Shown here piece after piece: positions 19,708-28,958 of a stretch of DNA of 64,000 nucleotides. Under the pieces are notes generated by a model. The model was not told the origin of the DNA and made no database searches. It worked only from the letters and a program-made list of their open reading frames with translations. Every line of letters starts with the position of its first letter. Position 1 is the stretch's first letter. The stretch lies in sequence record DRR723986_576. One strand, written 5' to 3'. A program made the position numbers and the translations under genes.

Positions 19708-19976
19708 CGCACTTCCCCCTCCGTAAAGTGAACCGCTTTATCGACGGGCGGCCGACATAGCGACAGCATCACCCGCTGGGAAAAAATAGTCACCGCCAGT
19801 GCACTGCCTACAGCCACCGCTAAGTGATGCAGGCTAAACGCCCGGTTGTCTTCAGCAATAAACAGGCGCAGGGCATCAAAACAGGGCCAGATCACCAGCA
19901 AAACATAAGCCCCCATAGCAATGGCGATTTTGCTCAGCGTTTGCGGGGACGGCGCAGCAGACATTTTATTATTCAT
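19704..19976 (-). CDS. Small hypothetical membrane protein (2 TM)
   Basis: Two hydrophobic segments; stop overlaps the TBDR start (ATGA); start uncertain. Confidence 0.6.
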   Translation of the reverse strand: MNNKMSAAPSPQTLSKIAIAMGAYVLLVIWPCFDALRLFIAEDNRAFSLHHLAVAVGSALAVTIFSQRVMLSLCRPPVDKAVHFTEGEVR

Positions 19977-19992
19977 TATCAAGTCGCTCGTT

Positions 19993-20529
19993 TTAAACGG
20001 GTTTAACAACCGCGAGGTAAAGAACCAATAAGCCGGTGACTGAAATTACCGGCGTACTCACTACTAAGAACAACCAATGATGGGCGATGGCCTGTTCGTA
20101 GCTCAGGGCGACATCCCCCTGCCCCGACACGCGAATAGCGCGCTTGTTACCACCGAAATGCGACAACCAATAATCCATGGCCTCAATAGGCAGAAACACC
20201 AGCACCACGATGCACAACTTTAGGCTAAGCCAGAAATGTGCCAGCCCCCAGGGGCCAGCCGTCAGCAGCAACAAACCACTTAGCAGCAATAGCGGAAAAG
20301 CCACGTGCTCCAGTACCACGCCCTGATCAAAGCGCTCCATGGCAATATTGCGCTGACGCAGCAAGCGCTCGTCGTCCGGCGCGCGCTGCCAGGCCTTAAT
20401 CGCCGGCAGCAGGTAATTGATATAGGCCACTGATGTGCTGGCCAACCAGATCATCGCACAGGCCACATGGAAAAATTTTATTTGCAGATAGTAGGGCACC
20501 AGCGCTGCAGATAATTGCTCAACAAACAT
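19993..20529 (-). CDS. Hypothetical 4-TM membrane protein (DUF2269-like)
   Basis: IKFFHV.. N-terminal helix and ..LAVVKPV C-terminus typical of DUF2269/CopD-like proteins. Confidence 0.7.
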   Translation of the reverse strand: MFVEQLSAALVPYYLQIKFFHVACAMIWLASTSVAYINYLLPAIKAWQRAPDDERLLRQRNIAMERFDQGVVLEHVAFPLLLLSGLLLLTAGPWGLAHFWLSLKLCIVVLVFLPIEAMDYWLSHFGGNKRAIRVSGQGDVALSYEQAIAHHWLFLVVSTPVISVTGLLVLYLAVVKPV

Positions 20530-20572
20530 TGCGTCTACTCATTCTTATCGATTATTGTGAGTACAACCACTA

Positions 20573-20588
20573 CATACCATACCGTATG
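20573..20588. promoter_or_regulatory. Putative operator of adjacent TetR (CATAC-N6-GTATG)
   Basis: Inverted repeat catac catacc gtatg in the divergent intergenic region. Confidence 0.5.
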
Positions 20589-20603
20589 GTACGGAAATAA
20601 TAT

Positions 20604-20620
20604 TGTCAATATATTTGACT
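20604..20620. promoter_or_regulatory. Shared palindromic operator copy 1 (TGTCAA-N5-TTGACT)
   Basis: tgtcaa tatat ttgact; motif recurs at 27674, 29507, 34476 and 34577. Confidence 0.7.
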
Positions 20621-20634
20621 AAACTAGGTGATGC

Positions 20635-21201
20635 ATGGGCGACCCGCAGCCACAAAAAAGCCGCAAATCAAAAACGCAGTTTATTCACGCCGCACTGGAA
20701 ATACTGGCCGATGAGGGCAACGTGAAAGCGCTGACCATAGACAGCCTATGCCAGCAGCTGGGTGTTTCTAAGGGGAGCTTTTACTGGCACTTCAAAGGGC
20801 GGGCGCAACTGATCGAGGCGCTGGTGGCGTTTTGGGCCGACGAGTTTCAGCAGAGCATTCATCAGCGCATTCGCCAAAGTGCCCACGACAAACCCGAGCG
20901 CGCGTTTGAAGAGCTAATCGGCTTCTGGCTGAGCAGTAATTTCTCGCGCCTGGATCAAGTCATGCGCAATTGGGCGCGCGAAGAAGACGCCGTCGCCGCG
21001 GCCGTGCACCATGCCGACCAACTGCTAATGAACTTTGTCGCGCAGCTGTTTGTCGCCATGGGCAATGACGAGATCGAAGCCCATCACCGAGCACGCTTAT
21101 TAATCGCAGTGGGTATCGCTGAACCACAAATCCAGCACCTGCCACACGCCGGTAGTGCCGACGAGGCAGCGCGCTGGGTCGCCACCAAACTACTCCGCTA
21201 G
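20635..21201 (+). CDS. TetR/AcrR family regulator
   Basis: LGVSKGSFYWHFKGR HTH. Confidence 0.9.
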   Translation: MGDPQPQKSRKSKTQFIHAALEILADEGNVKALTIDSLCQQLGVSKGSFYWHFKGRAQLIEALVAFWADEFQQSIHQRIRQSAHDKPERAFEELIGFWLSSNFSRLDQVMRNWAREEDAVAAAVHHADQLLMNFVAQLFVAMGNDEIEAHHRARLLIAVGIAEPQIQHLPHAGSADEAARWVATKLLR

Positions 21202-22551
21202 CGGTATAAAACGCAGCGGCAGGCCATCGGTTGGGAAGGAAATCGGCACCGGGTTGTAGGGCATTTCGTAGCCGGGCTGCGCTTCAATACGGTAGCGCTT
21301 TAACAAATGAAACAACACAATCTTCACCTGAATCTCCGCAAAATTCAGGCCGATACATTTGTGGCTGCCACCACCGAAAGGTAACCATTGGTAGAAATGC
21401 TTTTTGTGCTCGGCCCGCTCTGGCGAGAAACGCATTGGGTCAAAGCGCGTGGGCTCACTCCACCACTCTTCCAGGTAGTGAGTCATCAGCGGCGAAATGC
21501 CAATAGAGGTATTGGCTGGAATACGGTAACCGAATATCTCCGTTTCACGCACCGTGCGCCGTGGCACCACCGCCACCGGCGGGTACATACGCAGCGTTTC
21601 CTGCATCACAAAGCCCGCCAGGGAAAACTCAGCAAGCTGGTCAAAGCTCGGCGAGTCGCTATCGATACCGGCAAATTCTTCGCGCAATTTCTCCTGCCAT
21701 TCAGGATTTTTGGCCAATAAATATATTGTTGAACACAGCGTGCTGGTGGTCGTGTCATGGGCCGCGAACAGCAGAAAGATTATATGGTCGCGAACGGCTT
21801 TGTCATTGAGGAAGTTGCCATCTTCATCTTTGGCGTGACAAAACTGCGAGAAGAAATCATCGGTTTCCTGCTCGCGTTTTTTCTGAATATGTTGCTCGAC
21901 AAAACGTTCCAGTGTTTTGCGGCCATCCAAACCTTTTTTCCACGTTGTTCCGGGAATCGGCAACTTCACAACGGCCAGCGACGCCTCCATAGCATGAACA
22001 AAAGCGCGGTTAATTTTTTGCGCGTCGTCACCAATATCGACGCCCATAAATACCTGGGCCGCCACATCGAGTAAGATCGCTTTAATCTCGTCTTTAAACA
22101 TGACTTGCTGCCCAGCAGGCAGCTGCGCAAGGCGCTGATCGATCATCGGGTTCATGGTATCGACATACTTTGCCAGTACATCTTTTTTAAACGCCGACTG
22201 CAGTATTCGCCGATTGAGTTTATGGTCGGCGAAGTCCATCAGCATCAGACCGTTGGGAAACAAACGATCCAGGAAAGGATCCCAGGCACGCTTACTGGAA
22301 AATAGTTTTTCGCTGTCTTTCAGCAATATTTCATTGGCTTCTGGCCCGACCATTACCACCGTTTTTTGCAGCAGCGCATTGCTGCGAAAAATTCGACCAT
22401 ACTTGCGATACTTTTCCATCGACATGGCAAAGTAGTCGGTAAGAAACGGTATGGTGTCACCCAAAATTGGCAGGGCCCCGCGATCTCCCGGCAGGTGATC
22501 GATCTCAGAAGTGGGTTTTCGCGCTGCCTTGATGGTTTCTGCTGTCGACAT
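21190..22551 (-). CDS. Cytochrome P450 (CYP136-like)
   Basis: I-helix FAAHDTTT, ETLR (ExxR), heme motif FGGGSHKCIG. Confidence 0.93.
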   Translation of the reverse strand: MSTAETIKAARKPTSEIDHLPGDRGALPILGDTIPFLTDYFAMSMEKYRKYGRIFRSNALLQKTVVMVGPEANEILLKDSEKLFSSKRAWDPFLDRLFPNGLMLMDFADHKLNRRILQSAFKKDVLAKYVDTMNPMIDQRLAQLPAGQQVMFKDEIKAILLDVAAQVFMGVDIGDDAQKINRAFVHAMEASLAVVKLPIPGTTWKKGLDGRKTLERFVEQHIQKKREQETDDFFSQFCHAKDEDGNFLNDKAVRDHIIFLLFAAHDTTTSTLCSTIYLLAKNPEWQEKLREEFAGIDSDSPSFDQLAEFSLAGFVMQETLRMYPPVAVVPRRTVRETEIFGYRIPANTSIGISPLMTHYLEEWWSEPTRFDPMRFSPERAEHKKHFYQWLPFGGGSHKCIGLNFAEIQVKIVLFHLLKRYRIEAQPGYEMPYNPVPISFPTDGLPLRFIPLAE

Positions 22552-22563
22552 GTCCTAACTCCC

Positions 22564-24123
22564 TTACGCCATTTCGCTGTTGTCTAGCCGGTATTGCTCG
22601 GCAAACATTTCGCGGAGTTCTTTCTTTAAAATTTTTCCCGATGGATTGCGCGGCAGTCCTGGAACAAAACAGATATGTTTAGGTACTTTAAATGCCGCCA
22701 GTTTTCCTTCGCAGAACGTTTTCATTTCCGCAAGGCTGATTTCACACTCCGGCGCCGAGACTACAACGGCAAGGGGCACTTCCCCCCACCGCGAGTCGGG
22801 CACACCAATAATCGCCACGTCGGAAATTTCCGGGTGCGACATCAATAGATTTTCAATTTCCGCGGGATAAATATTTTCGCCACCGGAGATAATCATGTCT
22901 TTCACGCGGTCTTGAATAAACACATAGCCGTGCTCATCGATAATGCCCGCATCGCCGGTATGCAGCCAGCCATCAACAATCGTATCGGCGGTCGCTTCGG
23001 GTCGTTGCCAGTAGCCCTGCATAATCTGCGGCCCCTTGGCGAGTATCTCCCCTACTTCGCCCGGCGCGCATTCACCACCGTCGGTATCGACCACTTTTAG
23101 CGCAGTAGCAAACACCGCGCGACCGCAGGATCGCAGCAGGCCCGGCTCACCCGCCAAAGCACGGCGGTGATCGTCAGCAGTGAGAAACGTCAGGCCCATC
23201 GTCGCCTCGGTTTGCCCGTAACCCTGTACAAAATCGCAGCCAAATATGCGCATACAATCCTTCAGCAAACTTTCAGAAATGGGCGACCCGCCGTAGTTAA
23301 TGGTTTTCAGCGCAGAGAAATCATAGCGCTCAATATTCTCGACCATTGCCAGCGAAAACTGCAGCATTACCGGAATCACTGCCACGGTGGTGATCTTCTC
23401 GTTGGCCAATGTTTCGATCATGCCAACCGGGTCGTAGTCGCGGTGAATCACCATCGCCGAGCCGTATATCACACCGAGCATCGCCCCCACCAAACCCACC
23501 GCATGGAAGGTGGGCGCAATCACCAAGGCCTTGTCGTTTTCGGCCGGCCACACGCCGGTACTCATTGACGCCTGATAACTATTCAGCAGTACATTGCTAT
23601 GGCTAATTAACACGCCCTTTGGGCGGCCGGTGGTGCCGCTGGTGTACATATGAAACAGAATATCGTCGCCTGCGATATCCACCTCGGCGGCGGCATTCGC
23701 CCCTTTGCACCAGTTTTTAAGGTCGTCTTGCCCGGCTGTCGGCGCCAGGTAAATGCGCGGCAGTGCCTGCATTACAGGCCCGCACAGACTGTCGAACTCT
23801 GCGTCGAGAAACAGCGCGACCAGCTGCGCGTCGGCGGCGATATATTCCAGCTCGCCTTCGCTCAGTCGGTAATTGAGGCCCACCGCAATCGCACCAATGC
23901 GCGCACAGGCGAGGAATACACACAAATTGTCGACAGAGTTTTTTGCCAGTATGCCCACGCGCTGGCCTTTGCGAATGCCCTGGCCTTGCATGGCGCCGGC
24001 TATGGTACCCACGTAGTCCCAGGCCTGGCCAAAGGTTAGTGTCTGGCTGTCGTCTTGCAGCATCATGGCGTCGCTGCGACGCTGCGCATGAAAGGCGTGG
24101 TACTGATTAAAATTAGTAAACAT
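22564..24123 (-). CDS. Acyl-CoA synthetase (long-chain fatty acid-CoA ligase family)
   Basis: YTSGTTGRPKG, GYGQTE, WLHTGD, DRVKDMIISGGENIYP. Confidence 0.93.
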   Translation of the reverse strand: MFTNFNQYHAFHAQRRSDAMMLQDDSQTLTFGQAWDYVGTIAGAMQGQGIRKGQRVGILAKNSVDNLCVFLACARIGAIAVGLNYRLSEGELEYIAADAQLVALFLDAEFDSLCGPVMQALPRIYLAPTAGQDDLKNWCKGANAAAEVDIAGDDILFHMYTSGTTGRPKGVLISHSNVLLNSYQASMSTGVWPAENDKALVIAPTFHAVGLVGAMLGVIYGSAMVIHRDYDPVGMIETLANEKITTVAVIPVMLQFSLAMVENIERYDFSALKTINYGGSPISESLLKDCMRIFGCDFVQGYGQTEATMGLTFLTADDHRRALAGEPGLLRSCGRAVFATALKVVDTDGGECAPGEVGEILAKGPQIMQGYWQRPEATADTIVDGWLHTGDAGIIDEHGYVFIQDRVKDMIISGGENIYPAEIENLLMSHPEISDVAIIGVPDSRWGEVPLAVVVSAPECEISLAEMKTFCEGKLAAFKVPKHICFVPGLPRNPSGKILKKELREMFAEQYRLDNSEMA

Positions 24124-24166
24124 GGCTGTCGCCTCGCCGTTGCTTTATAGGAGGAGTACCGCGCGA

Positions 24167-24937
24167 TTAGCGCGGCTGCATACGAATGGCACCGTCGAGA
24201 CGAATACACTCGCCGTTCATGTATTCATTCTCAGCGATCATCACCGACAGGTGAGCAATTTCCTCTGGGCGACCCAAACGCTGCGGGTTAACCACACTGG
24301 CTTCCAGCGACTTGTATGCCACCTCCGACAGAGTCTCAAACAGCGGCGTATGAATAAGACCCGGCACAATGGTGTTTACACGAATGCCGTAACTGGCAAG
24401 GTCGCGCGCCATTGGCAAGGTCATGCCAACTACACCACCCTTTGATGCACTGTAGGCCACTTGCCCTACCTGCCCCTCGTAGGCGGCAACCGAAGCGGTA
24501 TTAATAATGACGCCACGGGCGTTGTCCTGGTACGGCGCCGCGTCAGCCATCGCTTTTGCAGCGAGGCGGGCAACATTAAAGGTGCCAATCAAATTCACAT
24601 CGATAACGGTTTTATAGGCATCGAGCGGAAACACGCCCTGCTTGCCAAGGGTTTTAATCGCGTTACCAATCCCGGCGTAGTTGTTACAGATATGCAGGCC
24701 ACCAAACTTTTTAACCAGGGCATCGATGGCGGAGGCCACCGACTGTTCATCCGCGACGTTGACGTTGTAAAACGCCGCGCGGTCGCTGCCCAACTCTTCC
24801 ACCAAGGCGTTACCGCGAACCTCGTTCATATCGAAGATGGCAACCCTGGCGCCTTTGGCAGCGTAGGCGCGCACGGTCGCCTCTCCCAAGCCCGACGCGC
24901 CGCCAGTAACCAGTGCCACTTTGTTATTCAGATCCAT
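24167..24937 (-). CDS. SDR, 3-hydroxyacyl-CoA dehydrogenase type II-like
   Basis: TGGASGLG, AYSASKGG, IRLDGAIRMQPR; AGGAG RBS before ATG24937. Confidence 0.9.
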   Translation of the reverse strand: MDLNNKVALVTGGASGLGEATVRAYAAKGARVAIFDMNEVRGNALVEELGSDRAAFYNVNVADEQSVASAIDALVKKFGGLHICNNYAGIGNAIKTLGKQGVFPLDAYKTVIDVNLIGTFNVARLAAKAMADAAPYQDNARGVIINTASVAAYEGQVGQVAYSASKGGVVGMTLPMARDLASYGIRVNTIVPGLIHTPLFETLSEVAYKSLEASVVNPQRLGRPEEIAHLSVMIAENEYMNGECIRLDGAIRMQPR

Positions 24938-24984
24938 GTTGTTCTCCTTATTGTTGTATTGCTTGTTAAAACACATTCAGCTCA

Positions 24985-25368
24985 TTACCGAATGCCCGCA
25001 CCTGATGGCGGCACCGGTTGATATTTCGGGTTGTCGATAGCCAGTTTGGCGTCGCTGATTTTTTGCAACATTTCCAGCAACGCCGGGTCGCGGTAAGGCG
25101 CGTCGCTGCCCTCAATGCGGTCGCGAAGCTGTTCACGCAGTGTTGCCAACTCGCCCTGTTGGCCGAGAAATTCAGCGAGCAAGGCTTGCTCGTCGCGCTG
25201 CTGACTTCCCCCTGCATTCAACTCGCGACTGACAATACCAAGGCCATTGATTGCCACCCGCAATTGATACGACAGGGCTGGCGCGTCCACGGCGGGCAGT
25301 ATCGACTGTTTTAAAAACTCACTAACCGCTTCCAGTAATTGCTCGGCACTGGGATGCTCAATAGCCAT
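24985..25368 (-). CDS. DUF6285-like small protein (LvaB-like kinase partner)
   Basis: PSAEQLLEAVSEFL..RVAINGLGIV..KLAIDNPKY; directly after the APH kinase. Confidence 0.75.
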   Translation of the reverse strand: MAIEHPSAEQLLEAVSEFLKQSILPAVDAPALSYQLRVAINGLGIVSRELNAGGSQQRDEQALLAEFLGQQGELATLREQLRDRIEGSDAPYRDPALLEMLQKISDAKLAIDNPKYQPVPPSGAGIR

Positions 25369-25370
25369 GA

Positions 25371-26357
25371 TTAACGCTCCTTCAGCAGCCGAATAAGGTC
25401 GGCCTCACACTCAGACAAGCGCCGGCCGATCACCGCCCGCTCAACCGAACGCTGCTTACCCTGCAAATGAATGGCGCTCTGATACAGGCAGATCACCCCC
25501 CATTTCAGCACGCCAAACACCTCCCAATAGGCCAGCTCCCGCTCGGTAACATCGATCTCGCGGCCGCGGTTATAGGTTTCCAACAGGGCACGTTTGTCAC
25601 CAAAGCCGCCCACTGCTTTGTCGACGTGGCCAAAACGCCAGGAATTTACACACAGCCAGCCGAGGTCTTCTATCGGGTTGCCGATATGCGCCAACTCCCA
25701 ATCCAGCACCCCGCTCAGGCCCTGCTCGTCCACCAGGATATTGCCGTTGCGAAAATCGCCGTGCACGATGGCGGCTTGGCGCGGCGTTGGCGGGGTGTCC
25801 AATAAGTAGCGAAAGGCCAAATCAAACACCGGCAAACACTGACCGAATTCCCGATAGCGTTCCCGGTAACGCAGCACGTCGTCTTCTACCGACACTGACT
25901 CCAGCATAGCGGCGCGACGCGGATCAATATTGTGCAAAGACGCCAAAACAGCGCCGCACTGACCAGCCAGTAGCTCACGGGCAGTGGCAAAACGCGCGTC
26001 AGTAAGAATGCGCTTAGGTAGTGCCTCGCCTGCGAGCCGCCGCATCACAAAGCCGGCACCGCTCACGTCACTGGCCGGTATGTGAGCGATCACTTCCGGC
26101 ACCGGCAAGCCCTGCTGATACACCAACTCCAGCAAACTGGCTTCGGTGGGTTTGGTCAGGGCATTTTCAAACTGGTGTTCATCGTCGCCACAACGCAAGA
26201 TCAGCGGCTGCAATGTGCCCTCAGCCCAGGCATCAAACGCGGTGGTTTGCGACGCTGCGCCGCCCGTTAATTGCTTAACATTGTCGATGGTCACACTGGT
26301 CTGCCAATGCCCGGACAGGCATTCTTCCAGCAAGCGGACTAAGGCCATATCCGTCAT
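25371..26357 (-). CDS. APH-family phosphotransferase (LvaA / ACAD10-11 kinase domain-like)
   Basis: GGAASQT, HGDFRNGN, LDWELAHIGNPIEDLGW. Confidence 0.88.
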   Translation of the reverse strand: MTDMALVRLLEECLSGHWQTSVTIDNVKQLTGGAASQTTAFDAWAEGTLQPLILRCGDDEHQFENALTKPTEASLLELVYQQGLPVPEVIAHIPASDVSGAGFVMRRLAGEALPKRILTDARFATARELLAGQCGAVLASLHNIDPRRAAMLESVSVEDDVLRYRERYREFGQCLPVFDLAFRYLLDTPPTPRQAAIVHGDFRNGNILVDEQGLSGVLDWELAHIGNPIEDLGWLCVNSWRFGHVDKAVGGFGDKRALLETYNRGREIDVTERELAYWEVFGVLKWGVICLYQSAIHLQGKQRSVERAVIGRRLSECEADLIRLLKER

Positions 26358-27559
26358 GACGCAAACTCGGCATCGCGCTGGCCAAAGTCCCAGCCCTGAT
26401 CTTTTTCATAGGCTCGCAGCAGTTGCTTCGCCACCGACTGAACATGCACCTCGTCCGGGCCGTCATAGAGCCGCGCTTCGCGGGCATGGCGATACATGCG
26501 GCTTAGCGGAGTATCGTCGGTAAGGCCTTCGGCCCCATAAACCTGAATGGCGCGGTCAATTACCCGGTGCAACATGCCGGCACCGGCCACTTTAATTGCG
26601 CCAATTTCCACTCTGGCAATATCGCCTGCGTCGATGCGCTTGGCAGCGTGCAAAGTTAGCTGGCGGCAGGCCTGAATATCCTGGTAACTGTTAAACACAT
26701 GCTGCTGCATTAACTGTTTATCGGCGAGGCCAGAGCCAAACGCACTGCGCGACAGCAAGCGCTTACACATTAGGTCGTAGGCGCGCTGGGCCTGACCGAG
26801 CCAGCGCATGCAATGGAAGATTCGCCCGGGGCCGAGGCGCCGCTGGGCGATTTTAAAACCCGCGCCGCGCTCGCCTAACAGGTTGTCGGCAGGCACTTTC
26901 ACATTCACATATTCGGCCTCAAAGTGGCCGCCCGCGATGCCCAGCACCGGCGTATCCCGAAGGATGGAATAGCCCGGCGTACCCATTGGCACAATAATCA
27001 TGCTGAATGCGCTGTGGTCGGGCGCCTGTGTTTCGGTGCGGCACATTACCGTGGTGTAGGCGGCAATATCGGCGCCGGTGGTAAACCACTTGCGGCCATT
27101 AATATGCCAATAACCGTCTTTTAATTCGGCGGTGGTCTGCAGCTGCGTGGGGTCGGAGCTGGAAATGCCTGGCTCGGTCATCGCAAAACTGGGGTTGATG
27201 TCACCGGCAACCAGCGGCAGTAAATAACGCTCGCGCTGACTGTCTGACGCGTAGGCATTCAGCATGATGGAGTCCTGCAAGGAATACGTGCCGAAAATGC
27301 GCTGAGCGAATTCCGAGCGGCCGATAACCTCATTCAGGTAGGCGTATTCCAAAAACGGCAAGCCCATACCGCCGATCTCTTCGGGGTGGCCAAAGGCCCA
27401 TAAATGCTTTGCCTTGGCCTTCTTAACCAGCGCGGCCAATTCCGCCTCAGCAAGGGTTTTATCGGCAGATTGCAATAGCGGCTCGCGCGGATAAATCTCC
27501 TGCTCCAAGAAATCCACCAACTCGCTACGTATCTGCATCCAGTCTCGAGACATCGCCAT
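26354..27559 (-). CDS. Acyl-CoA dehydrogenase (ACAD10/11, LvaC-like)
   Basis: FAMTEP, INGRKWFTTGA, AQRRLGPGRIFHCMR, RLYDGPDEVH. Confidence 0.9.
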   Translation of the reverse strand: MAMSRDWMQIRSELVDFLEQEIYPREPLLQSADKTLAEAELAALVKKAKAKHLWAFGHPEEIGGMGLPFLEYAYLNEVIGRSEFAQRIFGTYSLQDSIMLNAYASDSQRERYLLPLVAGDINPSFAMTEPGISSSDPTQLQTTAELKDGYWHINGRKWFTTGADIAAYTTVMCRTETQAPDHSAFSMIIVPMGTPGYSILRDTPVLGIAGGHFEAEYVNVKVPADNLLGERGAGFKIAQRRLGPGRIFHCMRWLGQAQRAYDLMCKRLLSRSAFGSGLADKQLMQQHVFNSYQDIQACRQLTLHAAKRIDAGDIARVEIGAIKVAGAGMLHRVIDRAIQVYGAEGLTDDTPLSRMYRHAREARLYDGPDEVHVQSVAKQLLRAYEKDQGWDFGQRDAEFAS

Positions 27560-27673
27560 ATTCTTCTCTTTATCTGCGCTGTTAGGGAGCCACTGCACAA
27601 GCCGCCGAACCCTCAAGAGGTATATTGCAGAGGCCTGCTAGTTCTTGCTTATACAATCAACATGATTCATTAT

Positions 27674-27690
27674 TGTCAAGTATATTGACT
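27674..27690. promoter_or_regulatory. Shared palindromic operator copy 2
   Basis: tgtcaa gtata ttgact between the divergent ACAD and VOC genes. Confidence 0.75.
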
Positions 27691-27731
27691 TATTGCAATC
27701 AGCTAGCCAATACTAAAAACGATAATTAAAA

Positions 27732-28319
27732 ATGGGAGAACCACAGGCGATGAACAAACCACTTCAGGCCCTGGGAAACATTCATCACGCCGCCTATCGC
27801 TGTGTAGATGCCGAGCAAACACGCTGGTTTTATGAAGACCTTCTCGGCTTAACACTCGCCGCTGCCTTTGAAGAAGACATCGACTTTGGTGAAAACCTCG
27901 GCCGCAATCGCCACTTCTTGCATATCTTTTTTGAAATGGCAGACGGCAACTACATCGCCTTTTTTGACGAACCCGGTATTTCCAAGCCCGAGCATTTTGG
28001 CCGCAAAGATAGCTTCGACATGCACCTGGCATTCGAAACTGAATCGCTGGATAGCCTGCGCGAATGGCAGGACTATTTAAACGCCGCCGGCAAAACCTGC
28101 CTTGGCCCCATCGACCACGGCTTTGTTCACTCGGTATATATGTACGACCCCAATGGCATTCAGGTGGAAATCACCTGCCGCGCAGAAAATAGCGACGCCA
28201 TTATGAAAGACGAAGCCGCCAGCGCGCGTGATGCATTGAATGCCTGGACGGCAAAAACACGCAAACAAAAAGAAGAAGTTTTCGGCGCAGAGCGGCTGGA
28301 TAAACGCGGCCGGGGCTAA
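27732..28319 (+). CDS. VOC/glyoxalase family protein
   Basis: HHAAYRC, HLAFE, SVYMYDPNGIQVEI; start 27732 or 27750. Confidence 0.88.
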   Translation: MGEPQAMNKPLQALGNIHHAAYRCVDAEQTRWFYEDLLGLTLAAAFEEDIDFGENLGRNRHFLHIFFEMADGNYIAFFDEPGISKPEHFGRKDSFDMHLAFETESLDSLREWQDYLNAAGKTCLGPIDHGFVHSVYMYDPNGIQVEITCRAENSDAIMKDEAASARDALNAWTAKTRKQKEEVFGAERLDKRGRG

Positions 28320-28325
28320 GTTTGT

Positions 28326-28345
28326 GGCGCGGCACTTACCGCGCC
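28326..28345. terminator. Hairpin between convergent genes
   Basis: ggcgcgg cactta ccgcgcc. Confidence 0.45.
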
Positions 28346-28355
28346 CTTACCTGCA

Positions 28356-28922
28356 TTAGGCCAAACGCTGGCACTGCTCAACAAAACGCGCAGCAAACAG
28401 TTTGGCAGTTTCAAGATCGCCGGGCAGGGGCGCCTCATCGGCGCTGGCATCGGCGGGCGACTGCGCCATCAAACCACTAAACGCCCCCAGGTAATTAACG
28501 TCGTTTCGCTGCGCCGCTTTGGTATTGGCCGCCGGCAACGCGGTGCCCACCCACAACATACCGTGCTGCATCGCAAAGGTATGCAGATAGGCCAGCGTTG
28601 AAGACTTGTCACCGTTCATCGATGCGGAGTTGGTAAAACCACCGGCCAATTTGTCCTTCCAGTTTTGCATCATCCAGCGGCCACTGGAGGCATCAGCCAC
28701 CCGCTTAAACTGCCAGGACACGCTGCCCATATACGTGGGCGAGCCGAATAAAACACCGTCGCTGTCATCCAAGGCCTGCCAGTGCGCGTCGCTGATCTCA
28801 CCGTCTTGGGAAATCGCAATCGCCGTTACTTCGGCCTGCTCGGCAAGGCTTTCCACTATGGTCTCTGCAAGACGCTGGGTATGGCCGTAGCCACTGTGGA
28901 ACAACACACAAATCTTAGTCAT
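28356..28922 (-). CDS. Flavodoxin-like / WrbA-type NAD(P)H-dependent FMN protein
   Basis: HSGYGHT FMN loop, GSPTYMGS, GGFTNSASMNGDK. Confidence 0.88.
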   Translation of the reverse strand: MTKICVLFHSGYGHTQRLAETIVESLAEQAEVTAIAISQDGEISDAHWQALDDSDGVLFGSPTYMGSVSWQFKRVADASSGRWMMQNWKDKLAGGFTNSASMNGDKSSTLAYLHTFAMQHGMLWVGTALPAANTKAAQRNDVNYLGAFSGLMAQSPADASADEAPLPGDLETAKLFAARFVEQCQRLA

Positions 28923-28958
28923 TAACCGCTCCTATTATTATTTTCGGTAAAAGGGTGA

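Noticed and set aside
25371-26357. APH kinase as an aminoglycoside resistance gene
   Set aside because: Context (ACAD, DUF6285, CoA ligase) and motifs fit ACAD10/LvaA-type metabolic kinases
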